Shown: piece by piece, positions 39,032 to 52,187 of the stretch
How the letters are laid out: each line of letters begins with the position of its first letter
How positions within the stretch are numbered: the stretch's first letter is position 1
From: Amoebophrya sp. A120
Taxonomy: Eukaryota > Protista > Dinoflagellata
Assembly (NCBI GenBank): GCA_905178155.1
Contig: CAJINV010000004.1
Location: 8,956,411-9,020,410, forward strand
Length of the DNA: 64,000 bases
Reading direction: 5' to 3'
Notes under the pieces: model-generated
Databases searched by the model: none
Told to the model about the DNA's origin: nothing
What the model saw: the letters and a program-made list of their open reading frames with translations, nothing else
Position numbers and translations under genes: made by a program

Positions 39032-39638
39032 AAAACTTTTGTACAACTACTGCAGGAAAAGGGAGCAACAAGAACGTAAGCACGCTTGTGTACAACTGGT
39101 CGCGACTCATCATGAAAAGTGTGAAGCTCCCCCTGACCGCTCGGACTCGCGCCCCTGCGGCCTTTAATTTCGCAGCGAGCAACCAAGTAGCACTAGCCGG
39201 CGTGGCGCGGATTATCGATCCCGCAGTAATTCAAACGTGCACACGCGGCCAGGCTAATTTTCGTCTTCAGTTCGTTGGATGCTTTGCACTACTACCACAA
39301 AGTGGCAATTTTTGTCCTTATAATTTTTTTTTTGAAGAATGGTAAATGTCAGGCTACGCATGCAAAGTATGACTTTCTTCGGCAACAAGCAATAAAGTAT
39401 GATTTTCTTCGGCACCGAGGCGCACAACTAAACCGGTATACAGTGGCAGTCAGGCCGACCTAAGTCACAGCCGAGCGAGGACCACGCCCTGACTACGGGA
39501 AAAAATAGAAAGAAATTTTTTGTATTTCCAATTCCGACTTAGCGCAGCACAAGACGAATTTAGACTTGTTACCTAATAGCATTAGCATTTTCTTTGTTTT
39601 CGTAGAAACACAGCAGTAGAAACACAGCATCTGTCATA

Positions 39639-42600
39639 ATGAGTGTCCGTTCCCAAGAAGGGCCTCCGAATGGTGTGGGGGATGGGAGTAGGGAGGACGA
39701 CGAGGGGCATGAATCTGAGGACCCCGACTCATGTCAAGAACATACAGAGGACGATCCGGAGGCGGAAAGCAGGTACCTCCAACTGTATATAAAGATTCCG
39801 GACGTCGAGCCCGAGCTGCAGGAAAAATACGCCGCGCCCTTCAATGCCGGCAGCCGCGCCGAAACCGCTTGGCAAGAGTTGTACGACGACGCCTCTTACC
39901 AGGTGCAAAAGTGTCTGGCTCTGGAAGATTGCCAGGTTTGTCATGCATTTTTCGCATAACCTTTACCTTAACCCGTGAAGATGCCTGTAATGCATGACCT
40001 AGCATCACAGATTTTCAAAGGGCCTTCTGATGCGTATTCCGCATGAGAAACGCCCCCTCCGTGTAGCACAAACTGAACTCCTCTTGCTGGCCATGCGATA
40101 CAGATTACAGTGGTTGAGGGGTAAAAAAGGTCATGCAATACAGATTTTTTTTACCTTCCAAACGTATTATTGTCACAAATTGCAACCTTCCAGACCCAGA
40201 CAGTTTTGCATTTGATACCTCTGAGGAATTGGACAGATTGCTGGGCGAGGAAAGCGGTCTCGAATCTATCTACAAAGGCACCCGTCTATCCTGTGCAAAA
40301 GTATCGCACTCGTAGTAATTGCAATTATGCATGACAAATCTCTTTCTCAACGTAAATTAGCACTACAAATTGAATTTGTAATGCTGGGCTAATTTGTAAT
40401 GCAGTTTATACTAGTACGACTACAATACTTTCGCAATGCATACCGTCGGGCCCCCGAGGTGGTGGAGGCGTTCACGAAGGATGAGAAGGGCCGCGACTTC
40501 CTGGCAGCCGCGCTGCGGAGGCGTCCCGCCGCCCTATACCTAGGCGAAAAAGTGAAGGCCACCGTCCACGCCCTGCCGCTGGATTTTGACGCGCTTGAGC
40601 CGCTGCGGCGTTGCGGGTACGCTGCTGACGACAGTGAGTCCGCGGTCTCCACCCTCGAGCGCGCCGTGCTACGCGGCAGCTCCTCCTCCTCGTCTTCTTT
40701 ATCGCGCGACGCCGGCGCGTTCCCGGAAGATGACGGCGGCCGAGAGGCACTTGGCTGCCTCGCCCGGGCTGCCGAAGAGCAGCTGCAGGCGTTCCGCGAG
40801 GCGTTAGAGCAGTGCGCACAGCAATTCGGTGCGCCGGGTGCGACAGATTTCCTACCCTCATTTGCCGCGAAGATGGAAGAGAGAGTGCTGGAAATGCAAG
40901 AAGAAATTGCAATCCACGAGTCCCGGACCAAGCACGCTCTATCCCAGGTCCCGAAGGTGGAGCCCCCGCCGGGCGACGCAGGTAAGCGGTCAGCGTGGCT
41001 TTTGTTAGAGATTCGCCGCGCTCCCTACTTAAGTAGCGACTTTAATACTTCGTATTGCTTCAGCATACCAGATCCTTCCCACTTCGTTCATTCCCCGGGT
41101 CGCATGCTTTGATATCGGAAACAAAAAAAGAATGAGAAAGAGATAAAAGGAGCAACTCATCTAACAGCGCAGTGTCGTACAGCCGCAGCTAGGAGCATAT
41201 AAAAGCATTCAATTTGATGATCACAGGTCGCACCTCAAGTTCCAAGTTAGCTCCGCGAGGCGGGAGAGAGCAGTCGGACGATGAAGTAGAAAAACGAGCT
41301 GCTCGTTCGGAACAGCAAACGGGTCGTGATGAAGAGCGGAAGACGACGAAGAATATTACCGTGAGTGCTCCTATCGCCGCTCCGGCCACAAGAGGGACGT
41401 CCATCAGCAACGCCAACAAGCCAACTACCTCTACTTCCAAACAGGCGGCGCTACCAGAGTCTTCACCAGCAAACCGCCTCAACAGCGGTCTTCCGCTGGC
41501 AGGGTCATCTACTTCAGGCACAATTCTTGCGGGGGCTTCCTCTACCCGACCGATGAAGCGACATCAAGCGCTTGGTGAGAGTGGGAGTGGAGCGGAAATG
41601 ATCGCAGTAGACGAATTTGACGCACCAGCTTCCAAAACGAAAAAGTCCAGGCGTGTGGACGGGCAGGAAGATAAAGACCCTCTGCCGAAGGAGCTCTCGA
41701 CGAAGCTTCCAGAAGATGAAAACAGAGCCACCTCCGCCTTGAGTTCGACAGTATTGGAAAAGAAGAAAAAGGACGCGGAAAAAGAAAAACAAGCCAGCTC
41801 AAGAAGTAGTGCAGCTACAAGAACAGGTTTGCGTTGTATAATTTGCGTCTTTTGCTGCAACATGAGTGCTTGTTCATCGACTATAGGTTTTCTGTTGTCG
41901 GAGTCGGTGTAAGTAAGTATCTACATCTAGTGCTCAACATGCCACAGAAAAAGAGACGCGGAACCGCAAAGTTCAAAATGCGCTTAATTTGCGAATTGAT
42001 GTTTTTACACCAGGTCCTCACGATCATGCCCTCGATCGTCCGACGGGAGCCACAAGCAACTCTCGAGGAGGAGATCACGACGACAAACCCCCGCCCCGAA
42101 GACCCGCGGCGCTCTCGAACGACTGCAAATCCAAGGTCGAAGAGGTGCTCATGTTGTCCAGCAACGAAGCGAGAGAACGTTGCGCGAAACATGCCGTGGA
42201 GATTGTTTTTGGAGAGCGCACGGAGATATGTATGGCCCGCCTTCTGAAGCACGAGTTTTCATCCTCGAAGCCCAAAGAAGGCGCTATGAAATGCAAATAT
42301 GTCTGGGTCTGGAGGAATGCAAGACGTGTCATGCAGATTTTCATTTTCCATGCCACATCCACATGAAGTTTGGAATGCAGGACTTAGAGTGACAGGGTCT
42401 TCGACGTCTCTATCATGCCTATCCTGCATGACAAACTGCCTCTAAACTTGTTCAAAAGTGTACAGCTTTTGGTAGTCATGCACCACAAATTTTTGTACGA
42501 TCCAGACTTAGCAATAGCATGAAAAGTTCGCGTCCTCCCAAGACCCAGACATATTTGCAATGCATAAGCGCGAAGCAAGTGCAACAACCTCCGCGGGTTC

Positions 42601-42896
42601 ACAGCTACCTTCTGCAGCGGGCGCGAGCTATGGTGCATCAGGAGCTGCGGGCGAGAAACGGTGGCCCGCCGACCGATTCGGCGCCCGCGGCCGCCCTCGA
42701 TCCGAAGGCCTACGCAGAGCGGGTTCGCAATGCCGGATCCTTCGAAAAGAAGGCGGCTCAGTGGAAGCTGGTCTACGATTCTTTGTGCAGCCTCGATAGC
42801 CCGGAGGCTGGTGCTTCTCGCAGGAGCACAACAAAGGCGAAGCCTTTAGGCCTTCAAGGCGCCGGTGACCAAAGCACGAATAAAGCTGGAGGCTAG
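39639..42896 (+). CDS. Tandem-family protein: RRM-like, helical, low-complexity, SAP-like
   Basis: 3 introners; introns 40982-41226 and 41827-42013; EARERCAKHAVEIVFGERTEICMARLLKHEF. Confidence 0.7.
39897..40217. mobile_element. Introner family A (TAC start)
   Basis: Family A TIR; TSD CCTCT. Confidence 0.9.
40287..40442. mobile_element. Introner family B
   Basis: Family B TIR; TSD CCGTC. Confidence 0.92.
42285..42566. mobile_element. Introner family A
   Basis: Family A TIR; TSD GGCGC/AGCGC. Confidence 0.93.
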
Positions 42897-43723
42897 CGGA
42901 GATGTTCCGGCTTGCGCATCTTGTTCTGTCGTGGCCTTATTTTCATCCTGACCGGCGCAGCCGCTGCAAGATCTTTGGAAAGTGTGAAGAGCTGTAGTGT
43001 CAGAAAGACAACAGGAACAGGATGAAAAAGGTCAATATCCCGCCACTGATTCAGATTTTAGTGGTGGGTGGCCGCAAGGATCATTGGATGGGGTTCTGCT
43101 TGAATCAAAGAAGGTTTAGGCTACATCTTCATATTGCGACGCGTTGTAATAAGTTGGGCATTTCAGGCACCACTGCTTTTGTCCGTTAAGTGTCCAACAT
43201 TTCAATTCCAGGCTTGAGTTTGTTTTCTAACGAAGCTCTGATGTTCATGTTGCAGCTAATGCAAATTATGTTCGTTCTCGCATCATGCCATGGCATGCTT
43301 TGTTTTTGGTCCTGAAAATGTAGAAAGGTGAGTGCTTGCTCGAATGCAACTGGTTTCTGCGTGCGCGGCGTATCAGACTTATTCTTGCCTATAATCTTCT
43401 GCCGACAGTGGACAGGAATGAACCCGCAGGAGGAGCTTAGCTGCTACACGTTTATGGTGCTACGTCAAGATGCCGACGTTACAAACATAGACATACAAAG
43501 CACATAACTTGTACACAAAATCGATTTAAACATTGTTTGCGTTCTGATTACAAGGTCTTTATTCGAATTCCCGCACTGTGACGAGCTCGAGAACTAGGTG
43601 TAGAAGATATCATACAAATACAATTTTCTTCTGTCGTGTGACTTGTTTTTGCTTCAGCTTAAGTTAAAAAATAAAAATGCCGTGACACAGTAGAAACCGA
43701 TCTGCGTCTTTCTAGGTTCAAAA

Positions 43724-46700
43724 ATGACGACAGACAGACGAGACGACGATGCGGAGCGGTACGCGATGTACGACTACGAAGACAAGGAGTATTCTATTTA
43801 AAACGTACCCACCCCATAGTTGTAATGCGAATCTGCATGCTGAAAATGTTTCTCATGCGGAGCCCCATGAGAAGCATTTTCTAATCGTGTTTTGCAACTT
43901 GTCATGCTCCAATCAGCATGGTATGCTAGATCTGTGATGCTGCTGAGCTAGCTCAAACAGCACTACACTACGAATCCAAATTTGTCATGCAAAACAGCCA
44001 AAACTTGTGGATTTGTCTAGCCGATTCCCCATCTTGACTATGGTGTGGGGACGTTTTTACTCAGGATAAGGAAGCAATCACCGTTAAGGTTCCCCGGCTT
44101 TGTCCCGCCTCGTCCTCTGCCGGCTCCGGTGAAAATCCCGCCGTGGATGACCGCGTCTTTGACGTTTATTGGAAGGCCACGAAGTACCAACCGCGGGGTA
44201 AGATTGCCCTTTCCGCCAACCGTGTGCGGGAGAACGCGATTAGCATGGGCGCCCTGTTGAAAAAATTCGAAGTCGCTATAACGCAGTTCGACAATGCTGT
44301 GTGGGTTTTCAAAAATTGCAATTCGTCGGCCAACCATGGCGCGCCGGAAGATGTGGAGAAAACGTTGGAGTGGTTTGGCGACTGGGCCTTGGACCTCAAG
44401 CAGTTTGTCGGGTACATCCTGGAGGAGGATGGGAAGAACTCGCACCAAAGCCTCAGTGAAGCGGATTACAACCAGGCCCGCGGTATGGATTGCAAAAATG
44501 TCTGGGTCTGGGAACTTGTGATGCTGAGTGGCGAATCACGAGGACGTCACAAGTGACGGCTCACCATGACAAACTGCGTTTTTGCATGACAGAAAAGTGG
44601 AGCTTTTGGATAGCGTGCATGACACACTTGAGAGTCAGGGTCATGCTAAGCTGAGCATGACAAACTTGCGCGCTTCCAGACCCAGACATTTTTGCATTTG
44701 ATACGCGAGTTGAAGCTCATGTTTGAGGAAGCGGCCAGGGACAAAGAGTGGTTAGCGCTCAAGGCCCGGCGGAAAGCAGGTGTCGTGGTGGACGACGACG
44801 GCGCTGTGGAAAAAGCTTCCGGCGGCGAGGCCAGCGCGGGTGCGGGTGCGGGGCAGCCAGGATCTTCATCCGACGACGGTGTTCTAGAAGTACCCGCAGC
44901 AACAAGACACGGCACGGGCGGTTGCGAGATCAGAGGTGTGTCAACTAGCTCTACATATTTCTTGCTGTGCAAATCCAAATGCAAAAAAGAAGACCATCTT
45001 CTAGGAGTCGTCGCGTGAAGAAATCAATGTACTATCAGTTCCTGCTTTTTCCTCGTTTCTTTCTCTTCAACGTGGTAACCCAGCCCTCAACTTTACGTGC
45101 CTGCAAAATCGAAGGGCCTGCAGGAAAATTTATCTATATCCTTCCACAAAGGCCAAGATAACACTTGGCACGCAGAGTGAGTGACTCTCCTGTCACTCCG
45201 CACACAGCAGTACTGGGTGCCCGTCCACTCATTAGAATGAGAAAAGATAATGTTTATCCCGGACACGCACAAATATGATGATGATGATGATGATGTAAGT
45301 TTCTCATTCGTCATCTTGAAGGTGCGTCTACTTCGAGCCAGTGTAGAAGTGGTCCGAAGGGGGAACAACAAGACACGAAAGCTGTAGGAGAAGGCTCAAC
45401 TGAAGTGAAAGGTCGTTGTGGTTTTCCAGTACGAAAATTTTCGCTCGAGAACGAGCCATCTTTGCGAGAGAAAGACCCTGGGCGCCGCGAGAAGGAGGGC
45501 CGTTGTTCCCATCCGCGTAAGAAGACGGCGAGCAACACTAGGCACCACCAGAGGGGGCACGGTAGGTGGAACAAGAGCAGGGACTACACCAGAGACCCCC
45601 GTGGTCGGGACGACCGCTACGCCGCCGACCGCCGGCGCCGATCGTCTGGTCGAGGAGATAGAAATCGTGACTTCCATCATGGCGGCTCATCGAGGAGGCG
45701 AAGCGCCGGAAGGGGCAGGTCTCGCTCACGAGAGGACCGGGATAAAGACAGAGACCGGAATAGAGATCGCGACCGGGACAAAGATCGAGATTGGAACAAA
45801 GGTCGCGGCCGGGAGAAGGGTCGTCGACACTGGGGTTCGAAAGATCGGGATTGGCGATCGCGAGACCGTTACCCCGACCAGGGTCGCCGGGATGAGCGAG
45901 ACAGAGATTGGCGAGACGACCGAGGCTGGGGCCGTGACGCGGGTGACGCAAGGAATCGGGATCGCGACAGACGAGGGTGTGATGATGACAAAACCGGCGG
46001 GGCCAAGCCTCGGGACCATCAAAGCCGCTGTGGTAAACCAAGTCCGCGCGACAAGCGGAAGCGGTCCCGTGAGGAGCGCCAGCCTTCCTCGAAAGCAGCC
46101 GTCGCGGCAGGAGGTCCTGGCCGCTTACTTACTATGTTATCTTCTGCAGTCGCTACTTGTACTTCTGCTGCAGCCTTGTTTTCTGATGTTTCACTGTTCT
46201 GCCGGGTCGTTCTTTTTACGTAAGATGAAAAAAATACCGGAGACCTGTAGTTGCTTTGCAAGCTAGATAAGGATCGCCACTGTTAAATTGACGCTTTTGT
46301 CCCTCACCATGAACAGTTCGAGATCGCGATCGTGGCCAGGAGACGGAGCGATGCTGGAAGCTGACGCTTACGAGCCTGTGCATTCTCCCCCCTGGGAAGG
46401 CAGAGCGAGCAGTTTACGTGAGACTCCCAAAGGACTACTTCGCCGCCAGTACTTCATCCAGCGATGCCCGCGACCTACGCATCAGGGAACACGAGTGCAT
46501 CTGGCGGGAGCTGTCATCTCGCACTACGGACGCCGAGCGCGCGATCAAGGAGTATTTCTGTGTGTGCGACAAATATGTCGTCGTCGTGTTCAACACCCCT
46601 GCGGACGCACTGCGAGTCCTAGAAGCCCCTGTGACGCGCGTCGTGCTATCCGATAACATCTCGGTGGCGGACGTGGCTCCTTACAGTCGCGACAGAGCCC

Positions 46701-48498
46701 GTGGGAACAAGTTGCCCAGCGAACCAAAGCCGGCTCTGCCACGGCCCGCTGCTGTGTCCTCGTCCCCTAGTACTACATCGACCGCAGTGGTAGTACAGGG
46801 GGCCGTACCGAAGTCTGCGGCACGGGTAGTAGCGACTGCGAAAGGCGACCTCCCGGCTGCGAATAAACCACAGGACGCCGCATCTTCGGTAGTCATTCCG
46901 GTTGCTACTGGTTGCACGGCACCTAGTTGTACGGGACCACCAGCATCTTTAACCGGTGCCGCGAGTAGACCTCGTCCTGTCGACCACGGCCGCGCCCCTG
47001 TATTGAATGAAAGCGAAGGCGGTGGGCGTGTAACGCGGCAAAAGCAAAAGCTAAAAAGGCCGAGATCGCCCGAAGGGGCCGTGCCGCTTTGCGACGAGCA
47101 GCCGCACCAGGGCCAAGAAGAGACTGCAAGAACTTGTCACGAAACTACGAGGCTGGACGCGCACGCGACTGCGGCAAGAGCTGGTGAGCAGCCCACGAAA
47201 AGGGCAGAACGCACCCTCGCAACATTTATATTTGGCGACAAACGACCTGTAGAGGAAGCACAGCGCGTTGATCAACTAAAAAAGACGAGCCCAACTAGAA
47301 CAGTTCCCAACAAAAAACCGTCATGCGAGAGGATAAACTACGATGAACTCGGTCTCGGGCAGGCATGCAGCAGCACCGAAAGAACGGCGGACACGCTGAA
47401 TGCGCCTGCACCGGCTTGCGAGAAAGTAACGCCACTTGTCCCCACAGCAGCTTGTGCAGCTTCAGTGGGCATCAAAGTCGCAGGCCAGCGCGCTGCTCTT
47501 CAAGAGGAGGTGGAGGTTCCGCAGAAGTCACAACGCGGGAATAACAATAAAGCGAAGGCGATGAAAACTGCTGCCGGACCGCCCCTACTTGCAGGTGGAG
47601 GTGCGAAAAGGCCCGCACTAGCAGAAAAGCAGAGTGCTGTCGTTCAGCATCCTGCGCCGAAGCGGAGAAAGGCAGGTAACAAAGGCTCCGCGGTGGCCGT
47701 CCAGCAGAACAAGAAAGCAGCCGAGGGCGGGGAGGTGCCTACTACTGCAGCATCAGCCTCGGCCGTTAGTCTACAAATGCCAACTGATTCCGGGATCGCA
47801 CGGAATAAGGCGAATTTGTCCTCGGCGACATCATCGTCCACCTCCGCTCAAGTTCTCGGTAAGGATGAGATTATTTCTTTGTACATGCAAAAGTAAGAGA
47901 AGTCATTACTATTGGTTTGCAATTGGTGTCAACATCATGCTGCAATGCCGCAAGAGTGTGGTCTTCAGGTTCAAAATGAGTTGCAGAACCAAGCCAAAAA
48001 ACCAACATAAAAATTTTACATGAGGACGATTTCACAACAACTACGACAGGAAAAATACAAGCACCAGGAACATCAACATTAGCAAAACCACCCCCACCCC
48101 CAGCCATTCCCACGGGCCCGGATGTCCAGCAGAAGGTCGACGAGTGGTTGGGCTTTTCGTTGGCGAGAATTCAGACCGTTTGCAGGGGCCTCGGCGTATC
48201 TCTGGTCGAGGGTGAGCTGAGGGTTTCCCTCATCGCCAAAGCGCTGCGCAAGTGGGAAGCGGCGGACCAGAAATGCCGCGCGGGCGTGTTGTACTGCCTG
48301 CACCACCACGCCGCGCAACTCGCAAGCAGAATCAGCGGGCAGTGGGGCGAGGTGAAACTGCGCGAGGACCACGCGGAAAAACTTGTGCAGGCGAAACAAT
48401 TGAAGGCACAGTATGAGAACGCATGGAAAGTGATCAATGATTTCAGAAGCTATAGTTCCTCATCTGCAAAAGCAAAGCCAGGACAAAATCAAAAGTAG
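43724..48498 (+). CDS. Tandem-family protein: N-domain, RD-repeat, RRM-like, SAP-like
   Basis: 2 introners; introns 44936-45321, 46114-46316, 47859-48049; RAVYVRLPKDYF...EHECIWREL...YVVVVFNTPADA; LARIQTVCRGLGV. Confidence 0.7.
43790..44068. mobile_element. Introner family C
   Basis: Similar to 12421; left TIR degenerate; TSD AGGAG/AGGAA. Confidence 0.9.
44484..44703. mobile_element. Introner family A
   Basis: Family A TIR; TSD CGCGG/CGCGA. Confidence 0.93.
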
Positions 48499-49253
48499 AA
48501 GCAAAGGACGGGTCCTCTTGAGCGTTTATATCCAGGGCTGCGTAGAGTGCTAGTGCCCTATCGAGTATTGATGCGTATTTTTGCTATTCTCTTCTCCAGA
48601 ATTTCCATTTCAATTTTTCTTCTCATTCCTGATTACGATTCGCTGGGGCTGTTTGATTTATTGTCTGCAATAAAAGCTGTACTTAGCTGTGTACAGTATC
48701 AGCAAGTTCCCGACCATATCAGAACAATGAGGCACTTGCGTACGCGAAACAATCCATGTGGGTCCGTTGTGGCGATAAAATCTTGGTGGTTCTTCATCAT
48801 TGCAGCGCCAGTTGGTTGGGCATGAAGCAGGACCTTCGTTTATATAATCATTGGCTGGCAGATCTGGATCCGTGGTGACCGTGTGTGATCGTTCCGCTTT
48901 TCTAGTGTCGTGCGGCGAACCTTAAGAAGTAGTCTGGCAGAGGCATACACGTATTTACGAATTCTATAAGCATATTGATCATGTGGCCGCAGGTTCTCGA
49001 TCATCTCGAGGCAGATGACTGGTAGACTAGACGACATGACATTGGTTCGCCTCAAGTAAGAAGTTATTAGCAACAGCGACGCATCAGAACAAACAAAGAT
49101 CAAGATGTAAGACTCAAAATGTTGGTTTCGCTTGCACTTCCTTCTCCCAACTGAAATTGTTTCTTGCTCGACCGATATTACATCACTTACAACCTAAGTT
49201 ATACATAAGTCTCTTGAATTTTCGTCCGGTGAGGTTGAATCCACAAATAAACA

Positions 49254-51494
49254 ATGAGTAGCTCATCTTCCGCGGCGGCTGAAGACAGGCGGCCGCAGCG
49301 TTGTGAAGTGCAGCTTTTCATCCACGTTGAACCACGACCTCCTGGAGCGAAAATCCACGACCTGCGGGAGCTGTACGACCCCCCGAAGCATACGCGCAGC
49401 TGGGAAGTGTGGCATGCCGCACACGAGCTGGTGGTCGACGAGGTAGAGCAGGTGCTTGGCGAACAACTGGCGGAAAATGCTGAATCCGGGCCCCATTCGG
49501 CGCCGGAATTTCTCCGCGTCTTCCTGCACGGCAGCGACCCGGCCGACTACCTGCGACAGACGATCCGGCGGCACGGGATTGCCGTGATTGACAAAAGCAC
49601 CGGCGCTCGGCTCACCGTCCACGCGCTGCCGCAGGGCCGGGGGGTGATGTCAATGTTGGATTCCCTTAACGACGCCAGCAACGGTGCGGAAGACGCACTT
49701 GACGCACTGGAGGAGGAAATCGATGCGGTCGCCGAGGGTGTTCTTGGCCAGCATGTAGAAGAGGAAATCCGGGCGCGAGTCGAAAGTCCACTAGAATCCG
49801 CCCGGAAGGCGGTCGCAGCCTTCGGCCAGGAGGTCCGGAAAGCGCAGGTCCGCCTTGCCGGGAGGGACGATGAGCTCAGAAATGAAATGCTCTGGGTGCG
49901 GAAGTTGAGGGACAAATTGGAGGAAGTGGCTGGCGACCACAACGAATGCGTCAAGCGAATGGACCTGGCTAGAGAAGTATCCGTGGGAATTGGATGTGAA
50001 CTGCCTTCGTCTTAGTTATGAGTAGTGTATTCAGGAGACGCGGCTTGCATTTGCAATGCCAATGCAAAATAAATATGCGGGGTGAGTGTCATTGTCATAA
50101 AAATGGTCCTCAAGCCAGAATCTACTTCACCCTATCCATGCATTAGGATGCAGAATACATTGCCAGCCCAAGAACTCCAAGTACAAGTTCGAGTTCCTAT
50201 TGAAGGCGAAGATGTAGATTTTGCACAGCATAGATTGCGCTTGACGACATGAAGCGAGAAGCCGCACAAATTGCAGCCGCAAAGTCCTCGTCAAAACGAC
50301 CAGCAGACGCATCAGCGGGGGGTGCGAGCGGAAAGACCACGAAGAAGGCGAAACAGTTGAACAACGATAAATCCTCCGCGAGCTGCTGCCAGTCTGTGGC
50401 AACAGGAAATAAAGCTGCGCAGAGCTCGTCTTCTAGTAGCAGCGCACCAAGCTCCGGCGGGGCGATCGGAGTAGCGGTAGCTGCGCAAGCAAAAAAAGAG
50501 CTGGGAATAGGTAATTAAAGTATTCTAGTCCTACGCCTTGTAGCTTCTGATCCTACAAGAATGGCGCATCACGCGCATGACGTTTGAAAATGAAAACCGA
50601 AACTACTGGACAAACGCCACCTAGGTCACAAAGCGAAGCTGGAACGGGTCTTGTCGATGACGCTCAAGGAGGCGAAAGAGGCCATTAAGGCGAATAGCCT
50701 CGCCGCGCCGGAAGGGGAAACGCGGGGGCGCGCGGCCGAGGCGGTAGCGCGCGTGTTGGCGTTCGAGTTCCCCGGGGAGGACGCGTTGCAACAGGTGCGA
50801 GACTACTATGGGACTCTCAGTTGTTACATTCTCAACTGTTACATGAATTTGTAATGCAAGCATAGCGAAAGTCAAAGGGGGAGGATTGCATCTCTAGCAT
50901 TGCAAATTCCGCACAGATTTCAATGCTGTTGAGCCCTTCGGGAATTTGTCATGCGAAGTCGCTGCGCCGTGTGGATGTTGGTGTTGGTTTTGCATGACAA
51001 ATTCATGATATAGCAGTTGAAAATGTAACGTTTGAGAACTCCATAACTACCTCGCGGAGAAGCTCCGGGGATTGTGGGCGCAGATTGCCGCCTATCAAAT
51101 GTAAAAATGTCTGGGTCTGGAAGAAAAAGAATGCAAGATTTGTGATGCAGGTTTTCCATGATCCATGAGGTCTGGAATGCGAGACCCAGCATGACAGATT
51201 TTTTGAGGTCTCTATCATGCGTTTCTTGCATGAGAAACTCCCGCTCAACTTGGTCGAAAGCGGACAGCTTTTGGTACTCACGCAACACAGATTTTTGCAT
51301 CATTCAGATTTAGCATGACAAGTTCTAACCTTCCAGACCCAGACATTTTTGCGCTTGATACCGCCGCGTGCGTGGACCTGAGCGCAGAAAAAGACGCCGG
51401 CCGGCAGGCCCTCGAGAACGAGGCGAGGAGGGTGGAAGTAATCCACGTCCGGCTGTGTCAGATGAACGAGGGTCGTCGGAGCCACCAAAACTAG
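49254..51494 (+). CDS. Tandem-family protein: RRM-like, coiled-coil, SAP-like
   Basis: Introns 49977-50233 and 50511-50624; introners at 50807 and 51093; stop TAG 51492-51494 in frame. Confidence 0.7.
50807..51045. mobile_element. Introner family D
   Basis: Family D TIR; TSD ACTAC. Confidence 0.93.
51093..51360. mobile_element. Introner family A
   Basis: Family A TIR; TSD CCGCC. Confidence 0.95.
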
Positions 51495-52187
51495 GCAGGT
51501 GGTGAAGCATTTTTAACGTCGCTGCGCATGGAGGTGTAACATTGAATGGTCCGGCGTTTGTTCTGCGCATTTCTTTCTTGCACCAGCACCAGCTCGTCTG
51601 ATCGCCGCAGCAGGATCTGTGAAAGGGCTGGAGACCTAGAACGGCAAGAGTCAGAGTGAAAAAGCGCACGAGCTGCCAAACAAAGGGTCGTAATCCCATT
51701 CAGATTTTTGTGTTGGTCGTGAAGGTGGACTCCGGTTTGATAAAACAAAGAAGACTTAAGCTACATCTTCATAAACACACGTTGCAGATTCAGCAGCACT
51801 GGTGCAGCTACTGCTTCTGACCATGACGGGTCGAACACTTCCCAGGTTCGATTTTGCTTCCTATACGTGATAAAATACGATGCTGCCACAAAAACAAAGT
51901 GTATTCGCCTTCGCCTTCGTTGTTATGCATCTTTTCGGAAGTAGGACTGAAACAGTTTACTCGAGGTCGGCTAGAAGTGAGCTCTATGTGAGAGAAAAAC
52001 AACATGAGCAAGTCGAGCATGAGAAACCCTTTGCAAGGGACAATGCGCAGAGCGAGTCTCTTCGGTAGCGTCTACAAGTAGACAGACTGACAAAGAGAAA
52101 ATAAACTCAATCTTAAAAATACAAGCAAAGCACCAGGAAGATGGTGTGCGTGTCCTTTTGGTCCTAGTAGGTCTGGGCGTCGCAACA

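Noticed and set aside
45274-45295. (GAT)n microsatellite
   Set aside because: A short ordinary intronic repeat.
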